64,000 nucleotides of DNA from a virus: IMG/VR virus record IMGVR_UViG_3300033182_001497, positions 3,213-67,212 of that record. One strand, given 5' to 3'. This document shows, one piece after another, positions 1 through 9,924 of this stretch. Both the position numbers and the translations under genes were made by a program. The notes beneath the pieces were generated by a model. That model was not told the origin of the DNA and did no database searches. It was given only the letters and a program-made list of their open reading frames with translations. Within the stretch, counting starts at the first letter, position 1, and each line of letters begins with the position of its first letter.

Positions 1-2350
1 AGACAATATTGGATCCAACTGTTACGGTTGTGCCTATTGCTGCAAGTCCAGCTCCGATACTAGTTGGAGAACAATCGATTGTTCTTGCAGTAAAACCTTC
101 TAGGGTATAAGTTGGTCCGCTTAAGATTGTGGTTGTTTCTATTCCTGCTAAATTAAATGCGCTAACTTGCCAGGCAAATGTTCCCTTCGTATCTGAATCT
201 TCAACTGTAATTCTGTAGGCATTACTAAGTTTACCAACTCCAGATGCAGTTTGTGACAGTGATGATGGGTTGGTTTGCGAGGGATCTATTGATAAAGTTG
301 GAGCATTTAACATTAATTGGCTTGTTGTTAAATTAAAATTATCACTAGTAGGAGAAGTCGATGTTTTTAATTTTGCGGCTAAATTGTTGATGCTTATTGT
401 TAGTGGGGCATTGGCAATATTTACCACTGCAAAGTCTTCTGTAACCGCTCCATTTGCGGTTCTTGTAGCTTGTATTTTGAAGTTATTTTGTCCTCCGTCA
501 ATATCTATATTGTAATCTCCGCTAGAATACCTTGATGTTTTTAGGCCTTCGAATGTATTTGAGTTGTCAATAGAGAGTTGATTGTTTGGAGAAGTGTATT
601 CAACTTCATCGAAATTATTAATTAAATTTTCAACTTCTGCAAATTCAGTGCTTTTGATTGCATCTTGATTGGTTGGATAAGATATTGTTGGTATGTTTAT
701 GGAGGGAAATGTTTGATTGTGTACTTCTGCTGTATCTGTGGTTGTGATAGGGTCGCTTAATGTACCAAAATTATTTCTAAGAGTAAATGTAGCAGGTTGG
801 TTTCCGTCTCTAGTATTAAGACCAAGAGGTCCGAAAACTTTCAATGGAACATCAAATTGAAAATTTCCATTTGGCAATGTAGTTTTAGAATAGTTTGATG
901 AAAATGATGTTTGTGATCCGTCGCTTATTCCATTGCTACTGACGGATATTTGTATATCGTTTAAACCCACACCGTTTCCGTCTATTTCTATTGTTGAGTT
1001 TACAATGTCTCCATCTTTAACTTGAGTTGTTCCAATGATGTGTGGCGCAGTTGCGCTACTTGCAAGACTATCCATTTGTGTTGAAACAATAACTGGGCCG
1101 TTCGCTACTTTTACAGTTACTCGATCAAGATCGGTCGCTCCATTGCCTGTTCGCACTGCATATATTTCTATATTGTCTGTATCGCTGAATATACCGGTTT
1201 CGTAATTTACAGTTTTTACGCTTTCAAAATCGCCGCTATTATTGATTGATATATTGCTACTCAAACTAGTATAACTAACATAATCTACCCCATTTACCCA
1301 ATTTGATATGTTATTGTTGAATGTTGTGCTTTCTCCTTCGCGTAGCCCGTCTGTTCTTCCGTTGTATGATGTCGGGTCGTTTGCTACAATATTTGGGTAT
1401 TGCTGATCAAGTAGTCTGGTACCACTTGTGTGTGTAAAATCTGTTGATTCGCGGATTTCTCCGGTTGTTCCAAAACTATCAATTGCTTGCACTGCTACTG
1501 ATTGTGCGCCTTCGCGATTCGAAACGAATACTGGAATTGTTGCACGATAAATGCCACCGAGATCTTCAAGCGTATAACTTGCGAAATTTACTTCTTGAGC
1601 AAGTCCATGATCGTGAACCTTGATTGATTGAATATCATCGCGGTTGAATTCGGCGTAGATATTTATTAGATCTCCCTGTTTTAGGTGAGTTGTTCCGAGT
1701 AGTTCTCCAGCTTTCGGGGTAGCTGTAGATATTTCATCGATGTATACATTAGTCGGAATTGGACCTGCACCAAGTTCGGTGAGTGGAAGTATAACCTCTC
1801 GACCATTTGCTTCGCCAGTAATTTCTGTTAACCCTTCGACATTTAAATTATCGATATACCCTTCGAATCTACGAGTGTCTGTTCCGAGTTCGATGATATT
1901 ATTGAATGGGATTTCTTGTCCATTTATTTTTGCGATGCCAATATATTCATCATTTGGGCCATCCCATTGAAGGGTAAAACGCATGTCTTCTGCGACCGCT
2001 ACAGTAACTCCAGAAAGCTGGGTGTTGGGCGTGGGTGTTGTATAGAAATCTTTTTGAGTGACCCCAAGATTATCAACTGCATCTGAAAAGAAGAGAAATG
2101 GAGAGGCTTCTTCAAGTGTTTGTTGTATGGTTTCTACGGTAGTTGCTACATCAATACCGCTTATGGTTAAACCTTCAGTAAAATCACCACTTGCGAAAAC
2201 AACATTGTCTGTTGTTCTTACATTTTGATCCATCGAGATTGACAATCCGCTAATGTAGAGATTATCGAATACACCAGTCGCCCAAGCTTTTGTGGGTCTA
2301 CCTACTCCGCCTTCGCCGCTGTTCCTTGGTACTAAATTCCTTGTGGCCAT
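1..2350 (-). CDS. Large beta-rich virion-associated protein (C-terminus runs off the window), with a tandemly repeated ~210-aa module
   Basis: Not in the ORF track. ATG at 2350 gives MATRNLVPRNSGEGGVGRPTKAW...; the same frame reads ...AIGTTVTVGSNIV at base 2. T/S/N-rich. GTGTAAT motif 7 nt upstream. Confidence 0.75.
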   Translation of the reverse strand, partial: MATRNLVPRNSGEGGVGRPTKAWATGVFDNLYISGLSISMDQNVRTTDNVVFASGDFTEGLTISGIDVATTVETIQQTLEEASPFLFFSDAVDNLGVTQKDFYTTPTPNTQLSGVTVAVAEDMRFTLQWDGPNDEYIGIAKINGQEIPFNNIIELGTDTRRFEGYIDNLNVEGLTEITGEANGREVILPLTELGAGPIPTNVYIDEISTATPKAGELLGTTHLKQGDLINIYAEFNRDDIQSIKVHDHGLAQEVNFASYTLEDLGGIYRATIPVFVSNREGAQSVAVQAIDSFGTTGEIRESTDFTHTSGTRLLDQQYPNIVANDPTSYNGRTDGLREGESTTFNNNISNWVNGVDYVSYTSLSSNISINNSGDFESVKTVNYETGIFSDTDNIEIYAVRTGNGATDLDRVTVKVANGPVIVSTQMDSLASSATAPHIIGTTQVKDGDIVNSTIEIDGNGVGLNDIQISVSSNGISDGSQTSFSSNYSKTTLPNGNFQFDVPLKVFGPLGLNTRDGNQPATFTLRNNFGTLSDPITTTDTAEVHNQTFPSINIPTISYPTNQDAIKSTEFAEVENLINNFDEVEYTSPNNQLSIDNSNTFEGLKTSRYSSGDYNIDIDGGQNNFKIQATRTANGAVTEDFAVVNIANAPLTISINNLAAKLKTSTSPTSDNFNLTTSQLMLNAPTLSIDPSQTNPSSLSQTASGVGKLSNAYRITVEDSDTKGTFAWQVSAFNLAGIETTTILSGPTYTLEGFTARTIDCSPTSIGAGLAAIGTTVTVGSNIV

Positions 2351-2357
2351 CTTATTT

Positions 2358-2364
2358 ATTACAC
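2358..2364 (-). promoter_or_regulatory. GTGTAAT putative late-promoter motif, 7 nt before ATG 2350
   Basis: Minus strand GTGTAAT-AAATAAG-ATG. Confidence 0.6.
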
Positions 2365-2373
2365 AGAATATGT

Positions 2374-2763
2374 TTAAAATGATATTTCGTCAGTGAATGC
2401 TTCGGGGCCGCTGTTATATCTCCAATGATTACTTCTGAGTTCAAGGTCATTTTCATTTCTTAGTATCCACATTGGGTCTGCTATATGTTTTGCGTTACTT
2501 GGGACTATATCGCCTTCCGAGTCAAGTTCAAATGCTTCTTCTAATGTATATCTTTGCTGTGTGTAGGTATCTTGTATTAAGTTTAGTATGTCTGGGTTAC
2601 CGGTAAAATAATCCAAGAAGTTGATGCCGCTAATTGTTAGAGTTGTTGGTACATGAACTGAATCTCCATCCAGTTCCAATTGCGGTTGTAATGGATTGTC
2701 TCCAATAACATACCTACTAGGACCAACTTTTTGAATTGGCTCTCTTAATCTACTAAATTCCAT
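2374..2763 (-). CDS. Hypothetical protein
   Basis: 129-aa ORF coupled by a 1-nt overlap to the upstream ORF. Confidence 0.6.
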   Translation of the reverse strand: MEFSRLREPIQKVGPSRYVIGDNPLQPQLELDGDSVHVPTTLTISGINFLDYFTGNPDILNLIQDTYTQQRYTLEEAFELDSEGDIVPSNAKHIADPMWILRNENDLELRSNHWRYNSGPEAFTDEISF

Positions 2764-3698
2764 TATTCAATGATTACATCAGATGTTCCAGTTTGTTTGT
2801 ATGTGATAGTATATTTCATTGTAAAGCCTGATATTGTGTGTGGTCTTTTTACATATATTTTTCTTGCTTCATCACTATCAATACGGACAGATGTATCTGG
2901 ATTGAGATACATTATATTATTGTTTTCTGGATCTTCTGTTCGATTCGCATCGTAACTTTCATCGATTGTATGAAATTGTATAGGATACGGCGACTCATTA
3001 AACAATAAAACACTTTCTGCTAATCCAAGATCATATAATGTAGTAAAATCTTTTAATTCATATGAATTTATTAAACTAGCTCTTTCATTGTCAAAGCGCA
3101 AGGCGTATGCTGTATCAGTATGAAATGTTCCATCTTGTTGTACGCCGCGATTTGGATCTGCGTCTTCTGCTAATATAAAATAATTTGGATGCCCTGTTTC
3201 TGGAACACTTGGGTTGGTGCGACCATTGGCGTAATGAGTATTGTAGATGTCATCCATAATGAATCGATCTACGCCGTATGTGTTTCCTGAGTATGTACCA
3301 AAGCGTTCTTCGTCTGGAATGTTTTCCATTAAGATAAAATCTTCCTCTATCTTTTGGTTTACAGTTTTTGTGATGAGTTTCCATGGTTGTATGTCAACTC
3401 GATCAATGTTTATTACTGCGCCGCTTTGATTAGCTATACCAGAGGATATGCTTGAAAGTAGCCCTGATACTTCTACTCCCCCAAATCCTCCACTTATAAC
3501 TCCACTAAGCCCAGAGATAAGGTCATTTAAGTTTCCTATATCTACCGATCCGCCGCCACCAACTCCGCCACCAGCAGAAGGTTCCCAGCGACCATCACCA
3601 CTATTCCAGTTGTAAGTAAAGACCGGACTAGGTGATAAGTGGTCTAACTTGGTTATATCCGTATACAACGGATTGTTTTTAAATCCTGGATTTGACAT
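2763..3698 (-). CDS. Hypothetical, probably virion-associated protein with Gly-rich linker
   Basis: 311-aa ORF, GGGVGGGG linker, preceded by the GTGTAAT motif. Confidence 0.6.
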   Translation of the reverse strand: MSNPGFKNNPLYTDITKLDHLSPSPVFTYNWNSGDGRWEPSAGGGVGGGGSVDIGNLNDLISGLSGVISGGFGGVEVSGLLSSISSGIANQSGAVINIDRVDIQPWKLITKTVNQKIEEDFILMENIPDEERFGTYSGNTYGVDRFIMDDIYNTHYANGRTNPSVPETGHPNYFILAEDADPNRGVQQDGTFHTDTAYALRFDNERASLINSYELKDFTTLYDLGLAESVLLFNESPYPIQFHTIDESYDANRTEDPENNNIMYLNPDTSVRIDSDEARKIYVKRPHTISGFTMKYTITYKQTGTSDVIIE

Positions 3699-3708
3699 CG
3701 CAGGAATT

Positions 3709-3715
3709 ATTACAC
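3709..3715 (-). promoter_or_regulatory. GTGTAAT putative late-promoter motif, 10 nt before ATG 3698
   Basis: Minus strand GTGTAAT-AATTCCTGCG-ATG. Confidence 0.55.
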
Positions 3716-3721
3716 TTTTTT

Positions 3722-4066
3722 TTAGCCTCTATCCTGCGGATGTTTTAATCCGCGGCGTTTTTTACTGTATTCTTGAAAGTATTTCTTTTGAACAGGGTCG
3801 TAGCCAAGTTTGTCTTTGCGTTTTTGGCTCATTTCTTTGCTGTGATCCATGATATCACCGTATGTGCCTTTTTTGTTCCCAGTGTTGTTTACAAAAGCTT
3901 TGTTATCAAATGGGTCTGTTTGTGAATCGATGCTTGCCTGAGGGCTATAGAACACACGCTTCCATTGCACACCTTTCTCATCAACATATACATGTTCTTC
4001 TTTCATTGATTGAACCACATCTATTGTTTCAGATGTTACTGGATGTTCGTATGTATAAAGCGGCAT
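3722..4066 (-). CDS. FmdB-like small protein lacking the Zn-ribbon cysteines
   Basis: MPLYTYEHP...MKE...WKRVF..P matches the FmdB N-terminal pattern, but without CxxC. Confidence 0.55.
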   Translation of the reverse strand: MPLYTYEHPVTSETIDVVQSMKEEHVYVDEKGVQWKRVFYSPQASIDSQTDPFDNKAFVNNTGNKKGTYGDIMDHSKEMSQKRKDKLGYDPVQKKYFQEYSKKRRGLKHPQDRG

Positions 4067-5124
4067 TAGTTTAATATTTTATTTAATGTATTTACATAAG
4101 TGAATTTTTCTTTTAATTTTTCACCTTCTGTATTGTTTATCTTACATTTTGTTTCTGCTTTTTCCATAGCATCAATCAATTGTTCTTCTGAGAATGTATA
4201 TATATTGCCTTGATTAAAGTCTGTATTTTCGTGAAAGAAAATATTGTCGTATACAGGTTCAGTTCCTTCTGGCTCGACAAGTATACTATTTTCGTTTGTT
4301 GCCCAGTCTTTGTGACTTGTTGCGTTTAAAACGATACTCCATTTGCCAAGACACGTGGCGTTGAACGAGGGAAGGTTCCATCCTTCTGCGCCACTCATGC
4401 CACCGAGATCGATGTCGATTGAATTTAAAAAATCATTTACTTGACTATTTTGCGGCAAGAACGGAAGGAAATTAATGTTTCCATATTTTTGTCCGCCAAG
4501 CATGTTTCCAATGACGGATTCCATTTGTTCTTTTTTAAAGAATGGATTGGTGATGCAACATGTTAGTTGGTAATCATAGTTGTTGCCATATTTTTTGATC
4601 CATGCTTTTACTATTTTTTCTGTGTGTTTACGCTTTTCGAATTTGCCCATCAATCCAAAATGAATTTTATTGGGCATGTATGCCTTTCCTGTTTTGTGGA
4701 ATGTTTCGTCGAATCCAAGGGGAGCGGAGTGTCCGTTTTCGAATTTATCGGCGGCATAACTACTGCTAAAGACAACTCTATCTTGAAGCGCGGCGAGCTT
4801 TTGCTCTGCTTCGGTTGGTTGATCAAGTTCGTAGAATGTATATAGTGTTTGATTTGCGGTGACTCGATGTTCAGATCCATTGAGATGCCACATCTGAAGA
4901 GTTGGGATATCTCTATCAAGTTTTGAATATCTTTGCTTCGCTGATTCTTCAAGCCAATTCTTGAAGTCTTGATCCGTCAAGTCAAAGCTGCTGACATCTA
5001 TTTTTCCAATCGGAAAGATTGCAACATCATAGCCTTCACCGTACATCGCTTTGAGTAGATTGTAGGATACATTGCCAAACGACAATGAATTGAGCGGGCC
5101 TTTATAAATTAGTTTTTTCATCAA
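4066..5124 (-). CDS. Glycosyltransferase, GT-B / GT4-like
   Basis: GKFEKRK and AEGWNLPSFNA (E-x7 donor-binding motif). Confidence 0.8.
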   Translation of the reverse strand: MMKKLIYKGPLNSLSFGNVSYNLLKAMYGEGYDVAIFPIGKIDVSSFDLTDQDFKNWLEESAKQRYSKLDRDIPTLQMWHLNGSEHRVTANQTLYTFYELDQPTEAEQKLAALQDRVVFSSSYAADKFENGHSAPLGFDETFHKTGKAYMPNKIHFGLMGKFEKRKHTEKIVKAWIKKYGNNYDYQLTCCITNPFFKKEQMESVIGNMLGGQKYGNINFLPFLPQNSQVNDFLNSIDIDLGGMSGAEGWNLPSFNATCLGKWSIVLNATSHKDWATNENSILVEPEGTEPVYDNIFFHENTDFNQGNIYTFSEEQLIDAMEKAETKCKINNTEGEKLKEKFTYVNTLNKILN

Positions 5125-5492
5125 AATGGTACATCAGTGAATTCATCTTCAACTTCTTCTGCTTTTGGTTCGCCAGAATTTTCTTGTTCTTCTGTTTTAT
5201 CTAAAAATGTAACTGTGTCTGCACGACAGAAAATGCGCGTTCTATTTTCACCACTCTTGGTTTGCCAGGAACTCATGTTCAGTTTACCTTCGACAAGAAC
5301 CTTGCGGCCCTTACTTAAGAAGCGATTGCAGTTTTCAGCCACCTTATTCCATGTTTCTATGTCAATATAGAAGACGCTGTTTGCTGCTTTGTTATTGATG
5401 GCGATTGCGAAGTCGCATACTTTGTTGTCACCTTTGATTTCGCGAAACTTTGGGTCGCGAGTTAAATTTCCTAGTCCTATAAATTTGTTCAT
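5121..5492 (-). CDS. ssb: Single-stranded DNA-binding protein
   Basis: NKFIGLGNLTRDP, AENCNRFLSKGRKVLVEGKL, acidic tail ending DVPF. Confidence 0.95.
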   Translation of the reverse strand: MNKFIGLGNLTRDPKFREIKGDNKVCDFAIAINNKAANSVFYIDIETWNKVAENCNRFLSKGRKVLVEGKLNMSSWQTKSGENRTRIFCRADTVTFLDKTEEQENSGEPKAEEVEDEFTDVPF

Positions 5493-6085
5493 ATTTCTTG
5501 TTTTAGTTCGTGTTGTACATGTTCTAGTGCTGAATTATGTATGTTAATACAGCCTTGTATGCTTAAATTCATTTCGTCTCCTATGTGTTTCCATGGCATA
5601 ACTTTATTTTTACTACCAGTAATATATCGCATTTTGAATATTTTTTCAACTCTTTTATCAGGATGATCTTTTATGATTGTTAAAACTTTGTTGAATAAAT
5701 CGTTTTTAATACTTTCGGATATTGAGTCTACTTCGATCTCTTCTGCGCTTGATAGATTTTCGAGAAACTCGCTTTGAAATGCGGGCTTGCGTTTGTTTCT
5801 GTTGTAAAGATTTAGACACATCCATTTGGTTTCATTTCCGAGATAAGTGCTGAACTTTGCTCCTTTCTCTGGATCGTAATTTTTTGCGGCCTGATAAATC
5901 TTGAAATCTTTATCTTTTATAAGATCTTCATAATCAATAAATGGACTACTTGGGCTAGCATATACATTTACCATATCAAGATATATTCCGCTGTGACGAT
6001 TGATTAATTGTATTAAACTATCTTGTACATTTACATCTGATTGTACATTTTCTATCAGCTCGAGATCAGATAATTCTTGTGTCAT
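5489..6085 (-). CDS. Phage-encoded sigma70-family sigma factor (regions 2 and 4)
   Basis: YDPEKGAKFSTY region-2 motif; C-terminal HTH (WKHIGDEMNLSIQGCINIH). Confidence 0.85.
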   Translation of the reverse strand: MTQELSDLELIENVQSDVNVQDSLIQLINRHSGIYLDMVNVYASPSSPFIDYEDLIKDKDFKIYQAAKNYDPEKGAKFSTYLGNETKWMCLNLYNRNKRKPAFQSEFLENLSSAEEIEVDSISESIKNDLFNKVLTIIKDHPDKRVEKIFKMRYITGSKNKVMPWKHIGDEMNLSIQGCINIHNSALEHVQHELKQEI

Positions 6086-6630
6086 GAGATTGATTGTAGA
6101 ATTTGGTTTACTGTATTATTGATTTTGTTCATATCTTCGTCCTGGAAGTCTTTCCAGGATACATGGTGATCTGCTTTACTTTTTAGTATTGGATCATTTT
6201 CTAACTCTTCTGCGTTTGGAGCTATATTACCTTCTCGATGAATATGTATTGCTTTGCCACCGAGACTATGTATCCAGTCTATTTCATTTTCATACCTAAC
6301 ATCAGTTACGAATACCCAAGATCCATTTTTTATTTCAGATTCCACTCGATCGTGAATTTTTTCGATCCAGCAGTTTTTGTTTAATTTTCTGCGCACATGA
6401 GTTCCGTATGTTACTAGGAAGGGTCTGATGATTTCTTTTTCTGAAGTTTTCTCGGTAAACGCAGAGATCCCTACATATTTACTTAGAAGTTCATCAGATT
6501 CTTCTTTAAGAGCGTCCGCAAACGCATATCTATTATGATTGTCTTGATTTGATTCAAGAATAGGTTTTGAAAGGTTATAGAAACTATCTTTACCTGCTCG
6601 CGCTAATCCTGTTATTCCTATTAATTTCAT
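6082..6630 (-). CDS. Deoxynucleoside monophosphate kinase
   Basis: IGITGLARAGKD P-loop, AFADALK, VTDVRYENE. Confidence 0.9.
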   Translation of the reverse strand: MKLIGITGLARAGKDSFYNLSKPILESNQDNHNRYAFADALKEESDELLSKYVGISAFTEKTSEKEIIRPFLVTYGTHVRRKLNKNCWIEKIHDRVESEIKNGSWVFVTDVRYENEIDWIHSLGGKAIHIHREGNIAPNAEELENDPILKSKADHHVSWKDFQDEDMNKINNTVNQILQSIS

Positions 6631-6632
6631 AT

Positions 6633-6929
6633 TTATGCTCCAAATACTAATTTGACATTACTTGATAGATCATGAAGTCCGGCATTAGCGAGCATTCTGG
6701 ATACACTATGATAGTAGATTAGATCATCATAATCTTCCTCGATTGCATCAGGCTCCAGATGATGGGATATCATAACCGATGATAACTTTAAATGTTTACC
6801 GTACTTCTCTAGCATTTTCGTTAAAGCTTCGGTACAAGCCTCAGTTTCATCTTCTGCCTCGATGATAACCGACCAATCAGAGCATCGTATCATGTAATAC
6901 TTACTTTCACTTAGATCTATAAATTTCAT
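6633..6929 (-). CDS. Hypothetical protein
   Basis: 98-aa ORF, first gene after a sigma70-type promoter. Confidence 0.6.
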   Translation of the reverse strand: MKFIDLSESKYYMIRCSDWSVIIEAEDETEACTEALTKMLEKYGKHLKLSSVMISHHLEPDAIEEDYDDLIYYHSVSRMLANAGLHDLSSNVKLVFGA

Positions 6930-6935
6930 GAAACC

Positions 6936-6964
6936 ATCATATCAACATTCCAGCAATTTGTCAA
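6936..6964 (-). promoter_or_regulatory. Sigma70-type promoter for the leftward kinase-sigma-ssb operon
   Basis: TTGACA-N17-TATGAT on the minus strand, 6 nt before ATG 6929. Confidence 0.75.
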
Positions 6965-7022
6965 TTCTTATATTTATATTAATTATAAAATAATATTCAA
7001 TGTATACGTATTGATTAACATC

Positions 7023-7060
7023 GTACGATTTTTCGAATGTCGAAGGTACGATTTTTTGAA
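7023..7060. repeat. Two 15-nt direct repeats GTACGATTTTTYGAA (period 23) in an AT-rich divergent intergenic region
   Basis: 7023-7037 gtacgatttttcgaa; 7046-7060 gtacgattttttgaa. Confidence 0.7.
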
Positions 7061-7066
7061 TTTTAC

Positions 7067-7095
7067 TTGACAGAAAATGGTTTTTCAATTAATAT
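7067..7095 (+). promoter_or_regulatory. Sigma70-type promoter
   Basis: TTGACA-N17-TAATAT, 7 nt before ATG 7103. Confidence 0.55.
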
Positions 7096-7102
7096 CGTTT
7101 AC

Positions 7103-7411
7103 ATGAAAAAATTCACACAGATTCCAAATGCAATCCAGGAAGATATCGTCAATGGAAAATTGATCGGCAACGACCTTGTGGTTTACAATTATCTTGTATC
7201 AAAAGCCTCACATGGCAGACCGATTTTTTATACCAACGAAAGAATGGGTAAGGAACTAGGAGGCATGTCTTATGGTAAAATCTCAGCTAGTTTATCTCGA
7301 CTTAAAAAAGCAAATCATATCTCAAGGTTCAAAACCTACAATCGTACAGCAACCAAGTTGGAAACTGCTGTATTACAAGGGGGCAAACTAATAGTTCGCG
7401 GCGAATCATGA
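7103..7411 (+). CDS. Winged helix-turn-helix DNA-binding protein (replication-initiator-like HTH)
   Basis: FTQIPN...LVVYNYL...TNERMGKELGGMSYGKISASLSRLKKANHI; start moved from 7037 to ATG 7103. Confidence 0.7.
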   Translation: MKKFTQIPNAIQEDIVNGKLIGNDLVVYNYLVSKASHGRPIFYTNERMGKELGGMSYGKISASLSRLKKANHISRFKTYNRTATKLETAVLQGGKLIVRGES

Positions 7412-8142
7412 AAGTAGCTCTGTGCTTTAGTGGAAAACTTGGAGCTTGGGAACAAACCAAACATTCGATAACGAAACATGTTATCAATCCACTCAAGCCA
7501 GACATCTTTCTTTTTACTTGGGAAGGGGAAGACTATCATAAGTTTTGCAAGTACTACAAGCCAACTCGTTTTTCTATTCTTGATTATTCTCATCATGCAA
7601 GAAAAATGAAAAGCACAACAATTGATATTTGGGCAGGACTTAAACCGATGACATTCGGTATGAAGAAAGTATTTGGAGTACTCGCTGATTACATGCGTCT
7701 TCACAAAAAAGAATACGATCTAGTTATTCGATTACGACCAGATCTTGACGTGCTCGATCCTCTCAAGCTGCACGAACTAAAAGATGCAATCAAGCGAAAG
7801 CATATCAAAATGCCATTCTACGAAGGTCATAAAATTTACGACCACGAAGAAGAACTCAAGAAAGAATTTGCTTTTAGTTTTGTTTACGAAAAAGCTATTC
7901 TACCCGATCAAATTAACGATCAAATCGCGGCAGGCCCAATTGAACCGATGACTCGATACATGAATTGTTTTGACAAAATTGAAGAGCCTGTAGATTTCAT
8001 GTGGGTTGATGGATACCCAGATTATATGTGCCGCATACCTGAATGTATAATCACCATGTTTCTAAAAATGTACAACATAAAATATTCTCCCTTGACAGGC
8101 ACCTCTGAATTTGGTAATCTAAAAACACAGTTAATTAAATGA
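7408..8142 (+). CDS. Glycosyltransferase-like protein of polysaccharide loci
   Basis: KVALCFSG...DIFLFTW...YDLVIRLRPDL pattern. Confidence 0.55.
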   Translation: MKVALCFSGKLGAWEQTKHSITKHVINPLKPDIFLFTWEGEDYHKFCKYYKPTRFSILDYSHHARKMKSTTIDIWAGLKPMTFGMKKVFGVLADYMRLHKKEYDLVIRLRPDLDVLDPLKLHELKDAIKRKHIKMPFYEGHKIYDHEEELKKEFAFSFVYEKAILPDQINDQIAAGPIEPMTRYMNCFDKIEEPVDFMWVDGYPDYMCRIPECIITMFLKMYNIKYSPLTGTSEFGNLKTQLIK

Positions 8143-9515
8143 TAAAATTGATTATATTCGATCTTGATGGCGTGCTTGTTGAATCGCGCGAGCTGCATTA
8201 CATCGCACTAAACAAAGCGCTTGCAGAGTTTGGACAACAATATGTTATCTCAAGAGAAGAGCATCTGTGCAAGTATGATGCGTTAACAACCACGATGAAA
8301 CTTGATCGCCTCACAAAAGAAAAAGGCTTGCCTAAAGAATATCATCACAAAGTTTGGCAACTCAAGCAAAAGAAGACGCTTGAAGAGATTGATAATTTTG
8401 AAATCGACCACCGCATACAAAACATTCTCAAATCATTCAAAGATCAAGACTACATCATTGCATGCGCAACCAATTCAATTCGCGCAACATCAAAACTGAT
8501 GCTTATACGAAAAGGATTCATGGAGTATATTGATTTTCTTTACTCAAATGAAGATGTAAAAAATGCAAAACCAAACTCAGAAATGTATTTGAGATGCATG
8601 ATCAAGGCTGGAGTCAATCCAGATCAAACAGTAATCATTGAAGATTCTCATATTGGAAGAAAAGCCGCGATCAGCAGCGGTGCTCATCTTTGCGCAGTAA
8701 AAGATTCGCACGACTTGACATATGACAAAATACAAGATACTATCTTGCGTGCACAAAAACAATCATCAATTAAACCAAAGTGGCAAGGAGGTAAAATGAA
8801 CGTACTTATTCCAATGGCAGGCGCAGGCTCTCGATTCGAGCAAGCAGGATATACATTCCCAAAACCATTGATCGATGTAAATGGTAAGCCAATGATTCAG
8901 AGAGTTGTTGATAATTTGAATATTGATGCTCGACATATTTTTATTGTTCAAAAATCACACTACGAAAAGTATGCACTTAAACACATGCTCAACCTTATCG
9001 CACCAAACTGCGAGATCGTTCAGGTCGAAGGAATGACGGAAGGCGCCGCATGTACCACATTGCTAGCTAAAGAATTCATCGATAACGACGAACCGCTTGT
9101 TCTTGCAAACTCAGATCAATATGTAGAATGGGATAGCAATCAATTTATGTATTCGGCAATGGCAGATGATATCGATGGATCGATATTGACATTTGAAGCA
9201 ACCCACCCGAAGTGGAGTTATGCGCGACTCAATGACGACGGATTTGTAGTTGAAGTAGCAGAGAAAAAACCAATCAGTAAACATGCAACAGTTGGTGTTT
9301 ATTTTTGGCGTCGAGGTAGTGACTACGTAAGATCTGCCGAATCAATGATCAATAAAAACATTCGAGTAAACAATGAATTTTATGTTTGTCCAGTTTACAA
9401 CGAAGCATTATTAGATGGTGCGCGAGTAAAAACCTTTCATATTGATAAAATGTGGGGACTTGGCACGCCAGAAGATCTCGATGTCTTCTTGAAACATGAA
9501 ATTAATTTCTCATAG
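8139..9515 (+). CDS. HAD phosphatase fused to a sugar-phosphate nucleotidyltransferase-like (GT-A) domain
   Basis: FDLDGVL and KPNSEMY/IEDS HAD motifs; C-terminal half IPMAGAGSRF...PKPLIDV. Confidence 0.9.
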   Translation: MIKLIIFDLDGVLVESRELHYIALNKALAEFGQQYVISREEHLCKYDALTTTMKLDRLTKEKGLPKEYHHKVWQLKQKKTLEEIDNFEIDHRIQNILKSFKDQDYIIACATNSIRATSKLMLIRKGFMEYIDFLYSNEDVKNAKPNSEMYLRCMIKAGVNPDQTVIIEDSHIGRKAAISSGAHLCAVKDSHDLTYDKIQDTILRAQKQSSIKPKWQGGKMNVLIPMAGAGSRFEQAGYTFPKPLIDVNGKPMIQRVVDNLNIDARHIFIVQKSHYEKYALKHMLNLIAPNCEIVQVEGMTEGAACTTLLAKEFIDNDEPLVLANSDQYVEWDSNQFMYSAMADDIDGSILTFEATHPKWSYARLNDDGFVVEVAEKKPISKHATVGVYFWRRGSDYVRSAESMINKNIRVNNEFYVCPVYNEALLDGARVKTFHIDKMWGLGTPEDLDVFLKHEINFS

Positions 9516-9921
9516 AGGCAATACAAATGGATCATTTCCCGGAATGGAAAACGACCCCGACTACATCGTCGCGGCCATACAAAATGGATACGATGTAGAA
9601 GTTGACGTCTGGGCTCACAAACAAATTTGGTTGGGTCACGATGGACCAGAATATCCTTGTCCATTAAAATTTTTATTCGAACACAAAGACAAACTTTGGA
9701 TACATTGCAAAAATCTAGACGCACTTCATATCCTATCAGACTTTAAAGATCTTAATATTTTTTGGCACCAAGAAGACGACTACACATTAACATCGCATGG
9801 ATATATATGGACATATCCACGAAAAATTACTTGCACAAAAAGCGTATTGGTTGTGGATAATGCAACCGAGTATCGCGGTACAGAATGCTTCGGACTTTGT
9901 TCTGATTATTTAGAGTCATGA
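9496..9921 (+). CDS. GDPD/PI-PLC-like phosphodiesterase domain protein
   Basis: ISHRGN...EN...YDVEVDVW...LGHD...WIHCKN. Confidence 0.75.
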   Translation: MKLISHRGNTNGSFPGMENDPDYIVAAIQNGYDVEVDVWAHKQIWLGHDGPEYPCPLKFLFEHKDKLWIHCKNLDALHILSDFKDLNIFWHQEDDYTLTSHGYIWTYPRKITCTKSVLVVDNATEYRGTECFGLCSDYLES

Positions 9922-9924
9922 GCT

